From Candidatus Thorarchaeota archaeon (GTDB lineage: Archaea > Asgardarchaeota > Thorarchaeia > Thorarchaeales > Thorarchaeaceae), in assembly GCA_029858305.1 (NCBI GenBank), contig JAOUFI010000025.1:1-29815 (forward strand): a stretch of DNA of 29,815 nt, written 5' to 3'. Positions 18,994 through 27,639 of this stretch are shown one piece after another. Under the pieces are notes generated by a model, which worked only from the letters and a program-made list of their open reading frames with translations, was not told the DNA's origin and did no database searches. A program made the position numbers and the translations under genes. Every line of letters starts with the position of its first letter. The stretch's first letter is position 1.

Positions 18994-19161
18994 AAGACTT
19001 CTCTCCAGGTCGCCCAAAACTACTCTCGGCTCACTCTCATCGTTACTTAAGCATTGTTGTGAAAATTCAATCAAATGGAAATTTTGTACAAAATGTCCAC
19101 TAGGAATACGAATATATCTCAATAGTACTGCCGTTATCAAACGATACAATCGGGTGTTCGA

Positions 19162-20055
19162 ATGACAACATGCTCTTTGTGTGGACATGAAGACCTTAGC
19201 TTCACATGCCCATACTGCAATGGAGTTTACTGTGGGGAGCACAGACTTCCGGAAAGCCATGGTTGTCCAGGAATCCAAAAAGTTCGTGAAGATGCTAAAC
19301 GAAGAGTCAGTGACTCATTAGGCTTTGATGATTACGAGGAAGAGAATCAAACATGGACACCCATCATGCCCAAGAAGAAAGCAAAACGAAAGACCTCTAA
19401 GAAATCACGATTCTCGATAACAGAAAAGCGAGATCTACTAATTGCATCGATTCTGGTAACACTTGTGAGTATCTCCATATTTGGTGCACCTTCAGGAATA
19501 ATCAATGGAATTATAATATTCTACTCCTATTTGACGAGTGCAAATTGGTGGGTTCCTGTAGGAATGATATTGATATTCCTACTCTCATTTATGGGTCATG
19601 AATTGGCGCATAAATTTACAGCTCAGCACTATGGCATGTGGTCAGAGTTCCGAATGACATCAATGGGGTATTATCTCTCTGCAATTGCTATACTTTTCTC
19701 AATCCCAATCTTCGGCACAGGGACTGTTTATACAAGTGGTGCCACTAGTGGAGAAAATAATGCAAAAACGAACCTTGCTGGTCCTCTAAGCAATTTTCTT
19801 ATTGCTTCAGGATTGGTAATCGTCGCTCTAATTGCTGTGCTTCTTCTTAATCCAACAAGTCTTTTCTATATCATGTTTCTCGTACGATACGGAATCATCA
19901 TCAACAGCATTCTTGGTCTCTTCAATATGATTCCCATTCAGCCATTTGATGGAGCAACCGTCAAGGATTGGAGCAAACCCGTTTGGATTGTCCTAACTAT
20001 TGCTCTCATTTCAATGCTGATTATTGCATATCTTGTACTTCCAATGCTAATGTAG
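19162..20055 (+). CDS. AN1-type zinc finger fused to an M50 (site-2) intramembrane metalloprotease
   Basis: CSLC...FTCPYCNGVYCGEHRLPESHGC (AN1), HELAH (HExxH), LAGPLSN, FNMIPIQPFDG (NxxPxxxxDG). Confidence 0.9.
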   Translation: MTTCSLCGHEDLSFTCPYCNGVYCGEHRLPESHGCPGIQKVREDAKRRVSDSLGFDDYEEENQTWTPIMPKKKAKRKTSKKSRFSITEKRDLLIASILVTLVSISIFGAPSGIINGIIIFYSYLTSANWWVPVGMILIFLLSFMGHELAHKFTAQHYGMWSEFRMTSMGYYLSAIAILFSIPIFGTGTVYTSGATSGENNAKTNLAGPLSNFLIASGLVIVALIAVLLLNPTSLFYIMFLVRYGIIINSILGLFNMIPIQPFDGATVKDWSKPVWIVLTIALISMLIIAYLVLPMLM

Positions 20056-20124
20056 CTGTCATAATACCACGCTTCATAGCAAGATAATACAGAGCCTTCA
20101 TGAGATATCTCCGGAGGCATATTC

Positions 20125-21660
20125 TTGTTCACGTCAAACGTTCATACTCAAGACATTGTTGAACTATCTGTTTCAGCATGGTTTTACAGAAACAAAACCA
20201 TTGCAGGATTTGATAATCCGGCTAGGTCCCTATACGTTGCAGTTCGAGAACTTGTTGAAAATAGTCTTGATGCATGTGAAGAGATACGTATTCTACCGGA
20301 AATAACTGTGCTTCTCAGGAATGAAGAAGAGAGTTCGAGAGTAGATCTTCTAAATCAAGGACCAGAAAACTTCGAGTTAGTTGTAAAAGATAATGGAATA
20401 GGAATGAAGAGAGATTCGATTCCTCTTCTACTTGGCAAGATGTTGACTGGAACAAAGTTTTCTCATCGTCAGAGTCGGGGCACATTTGGTTTAGGGGGTA
20501 GTCTTGCGCTCCTATATGGACAGGTCACCACGCAAAAGCCAATCGAGATTGTAACAGGGCAAAAAGGCCAGCCACATGGGTATAGTGTGAAGATGCGGCT
20601 TGATATAGAGAATAATCGACCTGTAATCCTAGAAGAAGATAGAGTATCAAAAGGAGCAGATGAACATGGTACAATGATTACCTTTTCATTACAAGGAGAC
20701 TGGCTCAGAAGTAAAAGGCGTATTATTGACTATTTCAATCAGACGGGCATTATTGTTCCCTATGCCTCTCTCTTCTTCGAAACCCCAGATAATGAAGTTT
20801 ACAAGTACGATAGAATTATTCACTCGATTCCAAGGCCTTCTGTGGCCACTAAGCCCCACCCTAGAGGTATTGATGTCGAGATGTTAAAGAGTATGATCTC
20901 GACGACACGCGCAAGGTCTCTGAAATCATTTCTCACAACATCCTTTCAAAGAGTAGGAGATAAAAAAGCCAGTGAGTTCTTGGTTTTCGCAAGACTTGAT
21001 CCAGAGAGAGTGCCAGATTCATTGAGTATGGATGAGCTTGTGAGAATGATGAATTCTATGGAGAAATTTGAGAGATTTTTACCTCCTTCTCCAAACTCGC
21101 TTTCTCCTGTGGGCACAGAGGTTCTTCTAGCCGGTATAAAGAGACTTTCTCCTGAATTTGTGGTGTTTAGACAGAGACCTCCTAATGTATACGAAGGGCA
21201 TCCATTCATTGTCGAAACAGGAGTTGCCTACGGTGGAGACCTAAGTGCAGGTGCACATATTATCAGATTTGCCAACCGTATTCCTCTCCTCTATGATGAA
21301 CGTTCAGACATATCACACAGAGTTGTAAGAGATCTCAATCTCAAAAACTATGGTCTCCGTCAAGAAGATCCCTTAACCTTCATTATGCACATCTGTTCCA
21401 CAAAGATACCATACAAAACTGTTGGAAAAGAGTACATTGCCGATGTTGATAGTGTACGACGAGAAATCGAGCTTGGATTTAAGGAATGCTTGCGAGACCT
21501 AAGTGAGCGGTTAAGAAAACGAACCAAGACTCAGAAATATCAGAAACGAGAGTCCAGACTTGCATCATATTACAGATTTATTGCCGAAATATTGAAAACT
21601 GCGACCGGTAGAGAGGTGCAACTCGAACGTTTCCATTTTGAGGGAGGTGACAATCAATGA
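20125..21660 (+). CDS. top6B: DNA topoisomerase VI subunit B
   Basis: GFDNP, VRELVENSLDA (GHKL), DNGIG, QSRGTFGLG, KPHPRG, an H2TH region, RFANRIPL, KIPYKTVGKE. Confidence 0.95.
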   Translation: MFTSNVHTQDIVELSVSAWFYRNKTIAGFDNPARSLYVAVRELVENSLDACEEIRILPEITVLLRNEEESSRVDLLNQGPENFELVVKDNGIGMKRDSIPLLLGKMLTGTKFSHRQSRGTFGLGGSLALLYGQVTTQKPIEIVTGQKGQPHGYSVKMRLDIENNRPVILEEDRVSKGADEHGTMITFSLQGDWLRSKRRIIDYFNQTGIIVPYASLFFETPDNEVYKYDRIIHSIPRPSVATKPHPRGIDVEMLKSMISTTRARSLKSFLTTSFQRVGDKKASEFLVFARLDPERVPDSLSMDELVRMMNSMEKFERFLPPSPNSLSPVGTEVLLAGIKRLSPEFVVFRQRPPNVYEGHPFIVETGVAYGGDLSAGAHIIRFANRIPLLYDERSDISHRVVRDLNLKNYGLRQEDPLTFIMHICSTKIPYKTVGKEYIADVDSVRREIELGFKECLRDLSERLRKRTKTQKYQKRESRLASYYRFIAEILKTATGREVQLERFHFEGGDNQ

Positions 21661-22802
21661 GCCGCTCTAGGACTGAAATCGACTCTTCAGAGATTATCGG
21701 ACTAATTGATAATGTTCTCAATACAGTCGCTGAAACATTGGAGGATGGCGTGTTCCCAGAGATTGGGTACTATGGTGCTTCAAAAAAGAATGTATTTTAT
21801 CAAGAGGATGCGGGATATGTTTCAATTGATGAAACTCCATCATTTATTGATGGAAGGAAAGTTGAGAGCGCAAAGACAGTCGCTAGTTTTGTATATGGTC
21901 TCTCACGGTTCAAAGAACATCTAGAACAGAACATGTCAATGAGCCTGAGGGATTTCTATTACATGCACAAGGTGAAACATGTCCAAGATGTGTTGAAAAT
22001 CATTGACCAAAATGAAACTAATCGTTTAATTAACCTCTGTGAGCGTGTAATTAGACACAATGGGGCATCGGTACCCCGCGAAGAATTGGGAGTAGTGAGC
22101 TCTCCCAAAGGTACTTTCTATGGTGATATCACAATATCAGACATGTCCAAAAAGAGGTTGAATTGCACATCTGCGGGAGAATATGGATGGTTCATTTCTA
22201 GTAGACCTTTCGACGTGAAGATTCATGATATCAACATTGATGCTGCTATATTCATAGAAAAAGAAGCAATGGCTCGAAATCTTATCGAACTCGAAATACC
22301 AGAAGATTTGAGGATAGGCGTCGGAGCTCTCTTCGGACAACCAGGGAGAAATATGAGAGCATGGATACGACGACTTGCGGATGAAGAGATTCCTATCTTG
22401 ATTTTGGTTGACATGTCACCGTGGTCTTTGAGAATTTTCTCCACCATAAAAAGCAACTCGATAGAATTAGCTAATATAAGAGGGCTTGCGACACCAGAGG
22501 CAAAATTGCTGGGAATAACGACAGACGATTTTTGGGGCAAACGCGGAATGCTAACAGAGATTGAGCATTCTCTCGAATCTATGACGAAATCGGATTTGAA
22601 GTGTGCACAGCAGAATAAGAATATCCCAGCGATAAGTCAGGATCAGCTGTTGAGTAGGCAGAATGAAATAATGCTCAAAAAGAAACGAAAAGGTGAACTT
22701 GAGGCATTCAAATCCTTTGGACTGCCTCTAGCTGAGCTAAAAGGATTCTATATTAAATATCTCAAGACAAAATCCTCTGACCTCGATGTGAAAGTGATAT
22801 AA
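21657..22802 (+). CDS. top6A: DNA topoisomerase VI subunit A (Spo11-like), divergent Toprim motif
   Basis: SLRDFYY (catalytic Tyr), IEKEA, GQP, LATPEAKLLG, KKRKGELEA. ATGA overlap with top6B. The canonical DxDPxG reads DMSPWS. Confidence 0.85.
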   Translation: MSRSRTEIDSSEIIGLIDNVLNTVAETLEDGVFPEIGYYGASKKNVFYQEDAGYVSIDETPSFIDGRKVESAKTVASFVYGLSRFKEHLEQNMSMSLRDFYYMHKVKHVQDVLKIIDQNETNRLINLCERVIRHNGASVPREELGVVSSPKGTFYGDITISDMSKKRLNCTSAGEYGWFISSRPFDVKIHDINIDAAIFIEKEAMARNLIELEIPEDLRIGVGALFGQPGRNMRAWIRRLADEEIPILILVDMSPWSLRIFSTIKSNSIELANIRGLATPEAKLLGITTDDFWGKRGMLTEIEHSLESMTKSDLKCAQQNKNIPAISQDQLLSRQNEIMLKKKRKGELEAFKSFGLPLAELKGFYIKYLKTKSSDLDVKVI

Positions 22803-22840
22803 AGCAGGTTGTTCTTAGAAAAAGGGAGGAGTGTGTCTCC

Positions 22841-23518
22841 ATGACTGACAGGGAGAAAATGTTAGAATTATTGGATGAGTTCAAGAACTCCATCGTAAAA
22901 ATGATAGATGAACGTGATTCTTTAGCCAGTGAGAGTGAAGAACTAAGAGCTGGAAGAAGAGAAGCTGAAGAAAAATCGTGGGCTGCAGAGGAAAAAGTCA
23001 AAGCACTCACGAACGATCTTGAGAGGGCTAAGAAAGGTCAAACTACGGCAGAAGCTAAATTGGATAAACTTCAGGAAGAACTCGCCACCCTAAAAGCTCA
23101 ACTTCAAGAAGCTGAATCTTCAAAGACAGGAGAGATTGACAACATCCGTCGAGAACGTGATGAGTTCAAGAAAGAGCTTGATGAGATTAGTGAGCAGCTT
23201 AACAGAGTTTCAGAGTTGTATCGTGAAGCTTCTGCAGAGAAAGAAGCTCTTGCAGAAAAAGTGGATGTGAGCGATCTGCTGGCAATCTATATCACTTTGA
23301 TAGAAACTGCATTTTATGGGAAGCCTCATGCAAGGATTTTGTATATGCTTCATGACGTTAAGTCAGCAGTGACTAGAAAGAACATCGCATCAAGTAGTGG
23401 GATCATGCCTGCAGTCGTACGCAAAGCTGTATATGACCTCGCAAATGCAGATCTTGTCAAGGTAAATGAGGAAAGTGATGAGGTAACACTCACCAAAGAT
23501 ATACTCAGAAGAGGCTAA
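22841..23518 (+). CDS. Long coiled-coil protein with C-terminal winged-helix domain
   Basis: About 140 aa of E/K/L heptads, then PHARILYMLH...TRKNIASSSGIMPAVVRKAVYDLANADLVKV (wHTH-like). Strong GGAGGAG Shine-Dalgarno. Confidence 0.75.
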   Translation: MTDREKMLELLDEFKNSIVKMIDERDSLASESEELRAGRREAEEKSWAAEEKVKALTNDLERAKKGQTTAEAKLDKLQEELATLKAQLQEAESSKTGEIDNIRRERDEFKKELDEISEQLNRVSELYREASAEKEALAEKVDVSDLLAIYITLIETAFYGKPHARILYMLHDVKSAVTRKNIASSSGIMPAVVRKAVYDLANADLVKVNEESDEVTLTKDILRRG

Positions 23519-23549
23519 ACTATTACATACAAACCAAGAGAGTGTTGTT

Positions 23550-24557
23550 TTGGTCAAATCAACAATTAAAATCGGAAACGAACTGAGAAATCATGTGAAG
23601 AGATACACACTTAATGAGAAACTCAATTCAATAATAAATCTACTAGGTCAGGATGGTCAAGAGGTCATTGATTGGGCCTATTCCGAGGCAAATCGCCAAA
23701 TCACAGAAGACGCTTCTATTAAGAAATCCAATTTAGGAGCTATAGTATTCGATCTCATTGGGTATGAAGCGGCTGTCAATTTGGTCAAGATAAATCAGTC
23801 TCGTGGTAGAATAACAACGAAGGCGGAGATTAGGGCAAAAACAGGTCAACGTATTGAGATGCCTGTTCTGTATCGAGATGCAGGTCTAAGGCATCCACAA
23901 GAAGCTAGGAATCTGAGACACAATATGTTCCATGAAGCATTCTTGAGTCTAATCATGTATCTCTTTCCTGATGTGACAACATCAGTGCCCACAACAGGTG
24001 AAGGGCTTACTCCCGATTTAATGGTGCACCATAAAGACCCTGATTGGACTATATCAGTAGAATACAAAGGGTATAGATCATTGACTTTACTCAGTGAGTC
24101 TGAACTCTTGAAAGCGATGCGCTATCAAGCAGCATATGGCACAGCTTGGCTTGTCACAACTACAACCAAGAGTGTCCAATCGTTGTATGGTAAAAGATTG
24201 ATTGCTCAAGATATAATAGAGAGAGGGACGGCAAGACTTAGAACAATATATCGTAGGAGGGCATATACAAGCGAACAACGTGAGAATAGGGGAATTGCCA
24301 AGAAGGGCATAAGCCATCTTGAGAAACAGAATGATCTCGAACTAAAATGTGGATTATACACTGTTCAAGAATTGCTCGAATCAATGCATAATGGAAAACC
24401 TGTCAAGGGAGTTATTGTCACTACAGGATTCGAATTTGTAAATATGCTAAAGGAGGCGGGACTCGAGCAAGAAGCTGAGGCTGTCCTACGCGTGATGAAA
24501 CTACCTACAATAGCGTTGCATAGCGATACTGTTACATCTGTGCGTTTAATTGGCTAG
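23550..24557 (+). CDS. Putative PD-(D/E)xK (restriction-endonuclease-like) nuclease
   Basis: FHE...TPDLMV...ISVEYKGY...KAMRYQ matches the E...PD...ExK...Y arrangement. Confidence 0.6.
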   Translation: MVKSTIKIGNELRNHVKRYTLNEKLNSIINLLGQDGQEVIDWAYSEANRQITEDASIKKSNLGAIVFDLIGYEAAVNLVKINQSRGRITTKAEIRAKTGQRIEMPVLYRDAGLRHPQEARNLRHNMFHEAFLSLIMYLFPDVTTSVPTTGEGLTPDLMVHHKDPDWTISVEYKGYRSLTLLSESELLKAMRYQAAYGTAWLVTTTTKSVQSLYGKRLIAQDIIERGTARLRTIYRRRAYTSEQRENRGIAKKGISHLEKQNDLELKCGLYTVQELLESMHNGKPVKGVIVTTGFEFVNMLKEAGLEQEAEAVLRVMKLPTIALHSDTVTSVRLIG

Positions 24558-24629
24558 AGATGGTCTAATAACAATGCCCTCACTATCTTTATCTACAACT
24601 TCCCCATGTGAGAACTTATCAGGCATGAC

Positions 24630-25049
24630 TTGAAAGGATTATTTGAGGCGTTAAACTTGGAGAATCAGACTGCAATGAAACTTCAGGAAAGCATACTGGT
24701 GGTGCTCAAAGAGCTGTCCAATAAGTCACCAATATTAGGGGCAGCCATTTTTTCTGTCGAGGGCTTACCACTCGTTAGCCACTTTCATGCAGGAACTGAG
24801 GAGGTATCTGTAGCAGCAATGGTTGCAGGAATTCATGCTGCGGCAGAACAAACAGTAAAGGAATTGAAACAGGGCGATCTCAAATCAATTATCATTCAAG
24901 GAGATCTGGGAACCACTTTGGTAATCTCAGTGTCCCAGGATTATATTCTCACAGTGACTGCTCCAGACAATGCAGCGCTTGGACTTATTTTTTCAGACGC
25001 GAAACGTACAGCAAGAGATGTAAGAAAAATTCTACATGAGAGTTCTTGA
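24630..25049 (+). CDS. Roadblock/LC7 (MglB/LAMTOR-like) domain protein
   Basis: ILGAAIFSVEGLPLVS...VAAMVA...ELKQGDLKSIIIQGDLG...LGLIF. The start may be 24657 or 24675. Confidence 0.9.
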   Translation: MKGLFEALNLENQTAMKLQESILVVLKELSNKSPILGAAIFSVEGLPLVSHFHAGTEEVSVAAMVAGIHAAAEQTVKELKQGDLKSIIIQGDLGTTLVISVSQDYILTVTAPDNAALGLIFSDAKRTARDVRKILHESS

Positions 25050-25055
25050 CCAACC

Positions 25056-25886
25056 ATGGCGACTCACGATCAATATCCATTCGCCCATCACCCCTGCTTC
25101 TCAAGTACACGTGAGAATCTTTGGACACGGATTCATCTTCCTGTTGCAGCTCAATGCAATGTCAAATGCGTCTTCTGTGATCAAGATTCAGGCACATCAT
25201 GTCATACATCAAAACCGGGTTATTCATCGCGTTTGATGACTCCAGATGAGGCAATAGAAAGAGTTGTCATAGAAAGTACTGTGGAACCCAGATTAAGAAT
25301 TGTTGCCATATCAGGTCCAGGCGAACCCTTGGCGAATGATGCAACATTTTCAACGATTCGAGGAGTGCTCAATATCTTTCCAGAAGCCCGATTCTGCATT
25401 AGCACTAATGGCACTCTACTCACGCAATCACTCGAGAAGCTTTACGACCTGAACATATCAACTATCTCAGTTTCCATGAGCACTCAGAGTTATGATATTG
25501 CAGCGCAACTCTACGAGTGGGCAAATATTGACGGACATGTTCTTAGAGGGATAAAGATGGGTAAAGAGATAGTCAAACGTCAAATCAGTGGAATCCAATC
25601 CGCGACAGACGCAGGAATTTGTGTTAAAGTCAATACTATACTTATTCCCGGAGTCAATGATGGCGATATGGAGTCTTTATCACGGTGTATCTCAAATGCT
25701 GGAGCACAGCTGCAAAATATTGTTCCTCTCGTTTCACATGGAGAGGTAATTAATCTCAGACCTCCGTCAGCAACAGAACTCACTCTTGCACGGGCAGATG
25801 CATCTAAAAACATAGATCAATTCACACATTGTAAACAATGTCGCAGTGATGTAGTTGGAATTCCTGGAGAGGACAGAGTGCTCTAA
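25056..25886 (+). CDS. NifB-like radical SAM protein (no NifX domain)
   Basis: HPCF, RIHLPVA, CNVKCVFC, SGPGEPLAN, STNG, KVNTILIPGVND, HCKQCRSD. Confidence 0.85.
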   Translation: MATHDQYPFAHHPCFSSTRENLWTRIHLPVAAQCNVKCVFCDQDSGTSCHTSKPGYSSRLMTPDEAIERVVIESTVEPRLRIVAISGPGEPLANDATFSTIRGVLNIFPEARFCISTNGTLLTQSLEKLYDLNISTISVSMSTQSYDIAAQLYEWANIDGHVLRGIKMGKEIVKRQISGIQSATDAGICVKVNTILIPGVNDGDMESLSRCISNAGAQLQNIVPLVSHGEVINLRPPSATELTLARADASKNIDQFTHCKQCRSDVVGIPGEDRVL

Positions 25887-26722
25887 TTGTTATGAACTGC
25901 AGTTAGACATCCAACTTCAACGAGTTTGTTAATCAAGAACCATATTGCGTCCTTATCGTAAGGGAGGACATTCATTAGAACATTCATTATATCCACAATA
26001 CGTTTCTTACCATCAAATTTGCCTATTAGGTCATCAAGAACCTTACCGTATTGAGCTCTCAAACGCGTGAGAATAATCTCTGGACATGCGGATCGCACTA
26101 AAACATCATTCTCAGACAATCTTCGCTTGAAATCAATCCAACGATATCTTGCCAGCACAGACACGAGAGCAAGGACTTCTTCATCAGATAGACCCATCAA
26201 ATCCATTATTTCAGCGACTGTACGTTTTCCATTGATGAAAGTTTCGACTTGTTCTAGTTCTCGATCAACAGCTCCAACTCGAAACGGTATCCTAATTCCA
26301 TTACTTGTTTTAATAGGTATCATGTTAAGATCGGCAGACTGGAATGGAAATTCCTTAATGACGGTCAATGCAAATTCTCTAAACCTACGTACATCTCCTT
26401 CAAAATTACGCAGTTTTTCACCATGTTGTGATTCGACCTCATTTAGAATTCGTTTTAGCTTATTTCGATATGGCGTTTCATCGGGAACAGGGTCAACAAC
26501 CAGTAGAACAAGAACAGTATCACCGACTTCGATCAAAATATCGTATGCGGCTTTTCGAATTGTTCGAATCGGGGTTTTTGCGAAGATTATTACAGCAGTC
26601 ACAAAGCCAGCAATGAGATCAGGATCAACTGTTAGCTCGGCGTAGGGGATATTGAGGACCGATTCACCACCCTCCATGCGAATGAGAGAGATGTATCGGA
26701 CCTTAGAGAAATCAAGCCCCAC
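25883..26722 (-). CDS. Longin domain + two winged-helix domains (NPRL2/NPRL3-like), paralog B
   Basis: Asgard-type longin N-terminus (LIRMEGGESV...VDPDLIAGFVTAVIIF...FEGDVRRFREF), then FINGKRTVAEIM...LARYRWI and FDGKKRIVDI...KLVEVGCL. Confidence 0.65.
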   Translation of the reverse strand: MGLDFSKVRYISLIRMEGGESVLNIPYAELTVDPDLIAGFVTAVIIFAKTPIRTIRKAAYDILIEVGDTVLVLLVVDPVPDETPYRNKLKRILNEVESQHGEKLRNFEGDVRRFREFALTVIKEFPFQSADLNMIPIKTSNGIRIPFRVGAVDRELEQVETFINGKRTVAEIMDLMGLSDEEVLALVSVLARYRWIDFKRRLSENDVLVRSACPEIILTRLRAQYGKVLDDLIGKFDGKKRIVDIMNVLMNVLPYDKDAIWFLINKLVEVGCLTAVHNN

Positions 26723-27624
26723 TATGAATCAACCTCCGAACTGTCACTATCTTGGGATGGAGGATCTATGAATCCCAATACACCAGCATCAATAAGGTTC
26801 CTTGTAACAAGCTTAACAGCTTCCATATTATAGGGCAATAACTCACATATCTCTGCCAGACTCTTTGTGCCATCACACTGTTGAACTATGCTCGTAAGTT
26901 GTTCGCCATAAACCCCAAGAAGGAACTTGGGAGGCTCTATGATCTTGATAAGGATGGAGGAATCCTCTAACCTACGGGTCAAGGTAATCCATTTGTATTT
27001 ATCAAGCATGGATAGGATAGCTATAACCTCAGAGTCTTCAAGCTCTGATTGATTCATTATCTCCTCAATAGTTCGTTTCCCGTTGATGTAACCAATAATA
27101 GTTTGCAGCTTCTTATCCGTTGCTCCAACGCTCCAAGGGATACTAGCTTGATGATCAGGTGTAGCATCTGATTTGGATACGATGCGTGGGATCATCTCAA
27201 GGCTAAATGTTCGATATGGGTAAATCTGTAGAATATCTAGTGCGAACTCACGAAACGGTCGGATATCACCTTTCCAACTAAGAAGCTGAGTTTCGTATAT
27301 TTGTTCAAATCGTTCCAGGATAGTTCTCAAAGCTTTTCGATAGGGTTCATCATCATCTACTCTATCGATAATGAGTAACCCGACGACATATTCGCCCTCC
27401 TCAATTACAACGACATAACCTTCCTTAGTGAACGTCTTCAACTGCCTATTCTCAAAAATAATAACTGCAAGGACAAAGCTCGCGACTAGGTCAGGATCCA
27501 CTGACATCTCACGATAAGGGATGCCAATTATTGGCTCGCCTCCCTCTTTGCGTACCAGAGAGAGGTACCTGACCTCTGCTTTCTCCTCCAGATTATCAGT
27601 CATTGTTCTAACGACAACCTCCAC
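26722..27624 (-). CDS. Longin domain + two winged-helix domains (NPRL2/NPRL3-like), paralog A
   Basis: VDPDLVASFVLAVIIF...WKGDIRPFREF; YINGKRTIEEIM...MLDKYKWI; CDGTKSLAEIC...NLIDAGVL. Collinear paralog of the downstream gene, with overlapping stop and start at 26722. Confidence 0.65.
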   Translation of the reverse strand: MEVVVRTMTDNLEEKAEVRYLSLVRKEGGEPIIGIPYREMSVDPDLVASFVLAVIIFENRQLKTFTKEGYVVVIEEGEYVVGLLIIDRVDDDEPYRKALRTILERFEQIYETQLLSWKGDIRPFREFALDILQIYPYRTFSLEMIPRIVSKSDATPDHQASIPWSVGATDKKLQTIIGYINGKRTIEEIMNQSELEDSEVIAILSMLDKYKWITLTRRLEDSSILIKIIEPPKFLLGVYGEQLTSIVQQCDGTKSLAEICELLPYNMEAVKLVTRNLIDAGVLGFIDPPSQDSDSSEVDS

Positions 27625-27639
27625 GCTTAAAATAGATTG

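Noticed and set aside
18994-19278. 95-aa N-terminal extension of the oxidoreductase in the ORF track
   Set aside because: It overlaps the divergent AN1-M50 gene and the shared promoter region. The Rossmann motif begins right after TTG 18993, which has a Shine-Dalgarno-like GGAG upstream.
20125-24557. Canonical Wadjet/MksBEFG system
   Set aside because: There is no SMC ATPase (the coiled-coil protein lacks Walker motifs), and a bona fide Top6B is present.
25056-25886. Evidence for nitrogen fixation
   Set aside because: No nitrogenase structural genes are in the window and several NifB signature motifs are altered.
26067-26645. 192-aa plus-strand ORF and other antisense or nested ORFs (e.g. 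8190-8555, 13581-13991, 15758-16141, 5509-5856)
   Set aside because: These are shadows of well-supported genes on the opposite strand, have Ser/Arg/Ile-rich composition and show no motifs.
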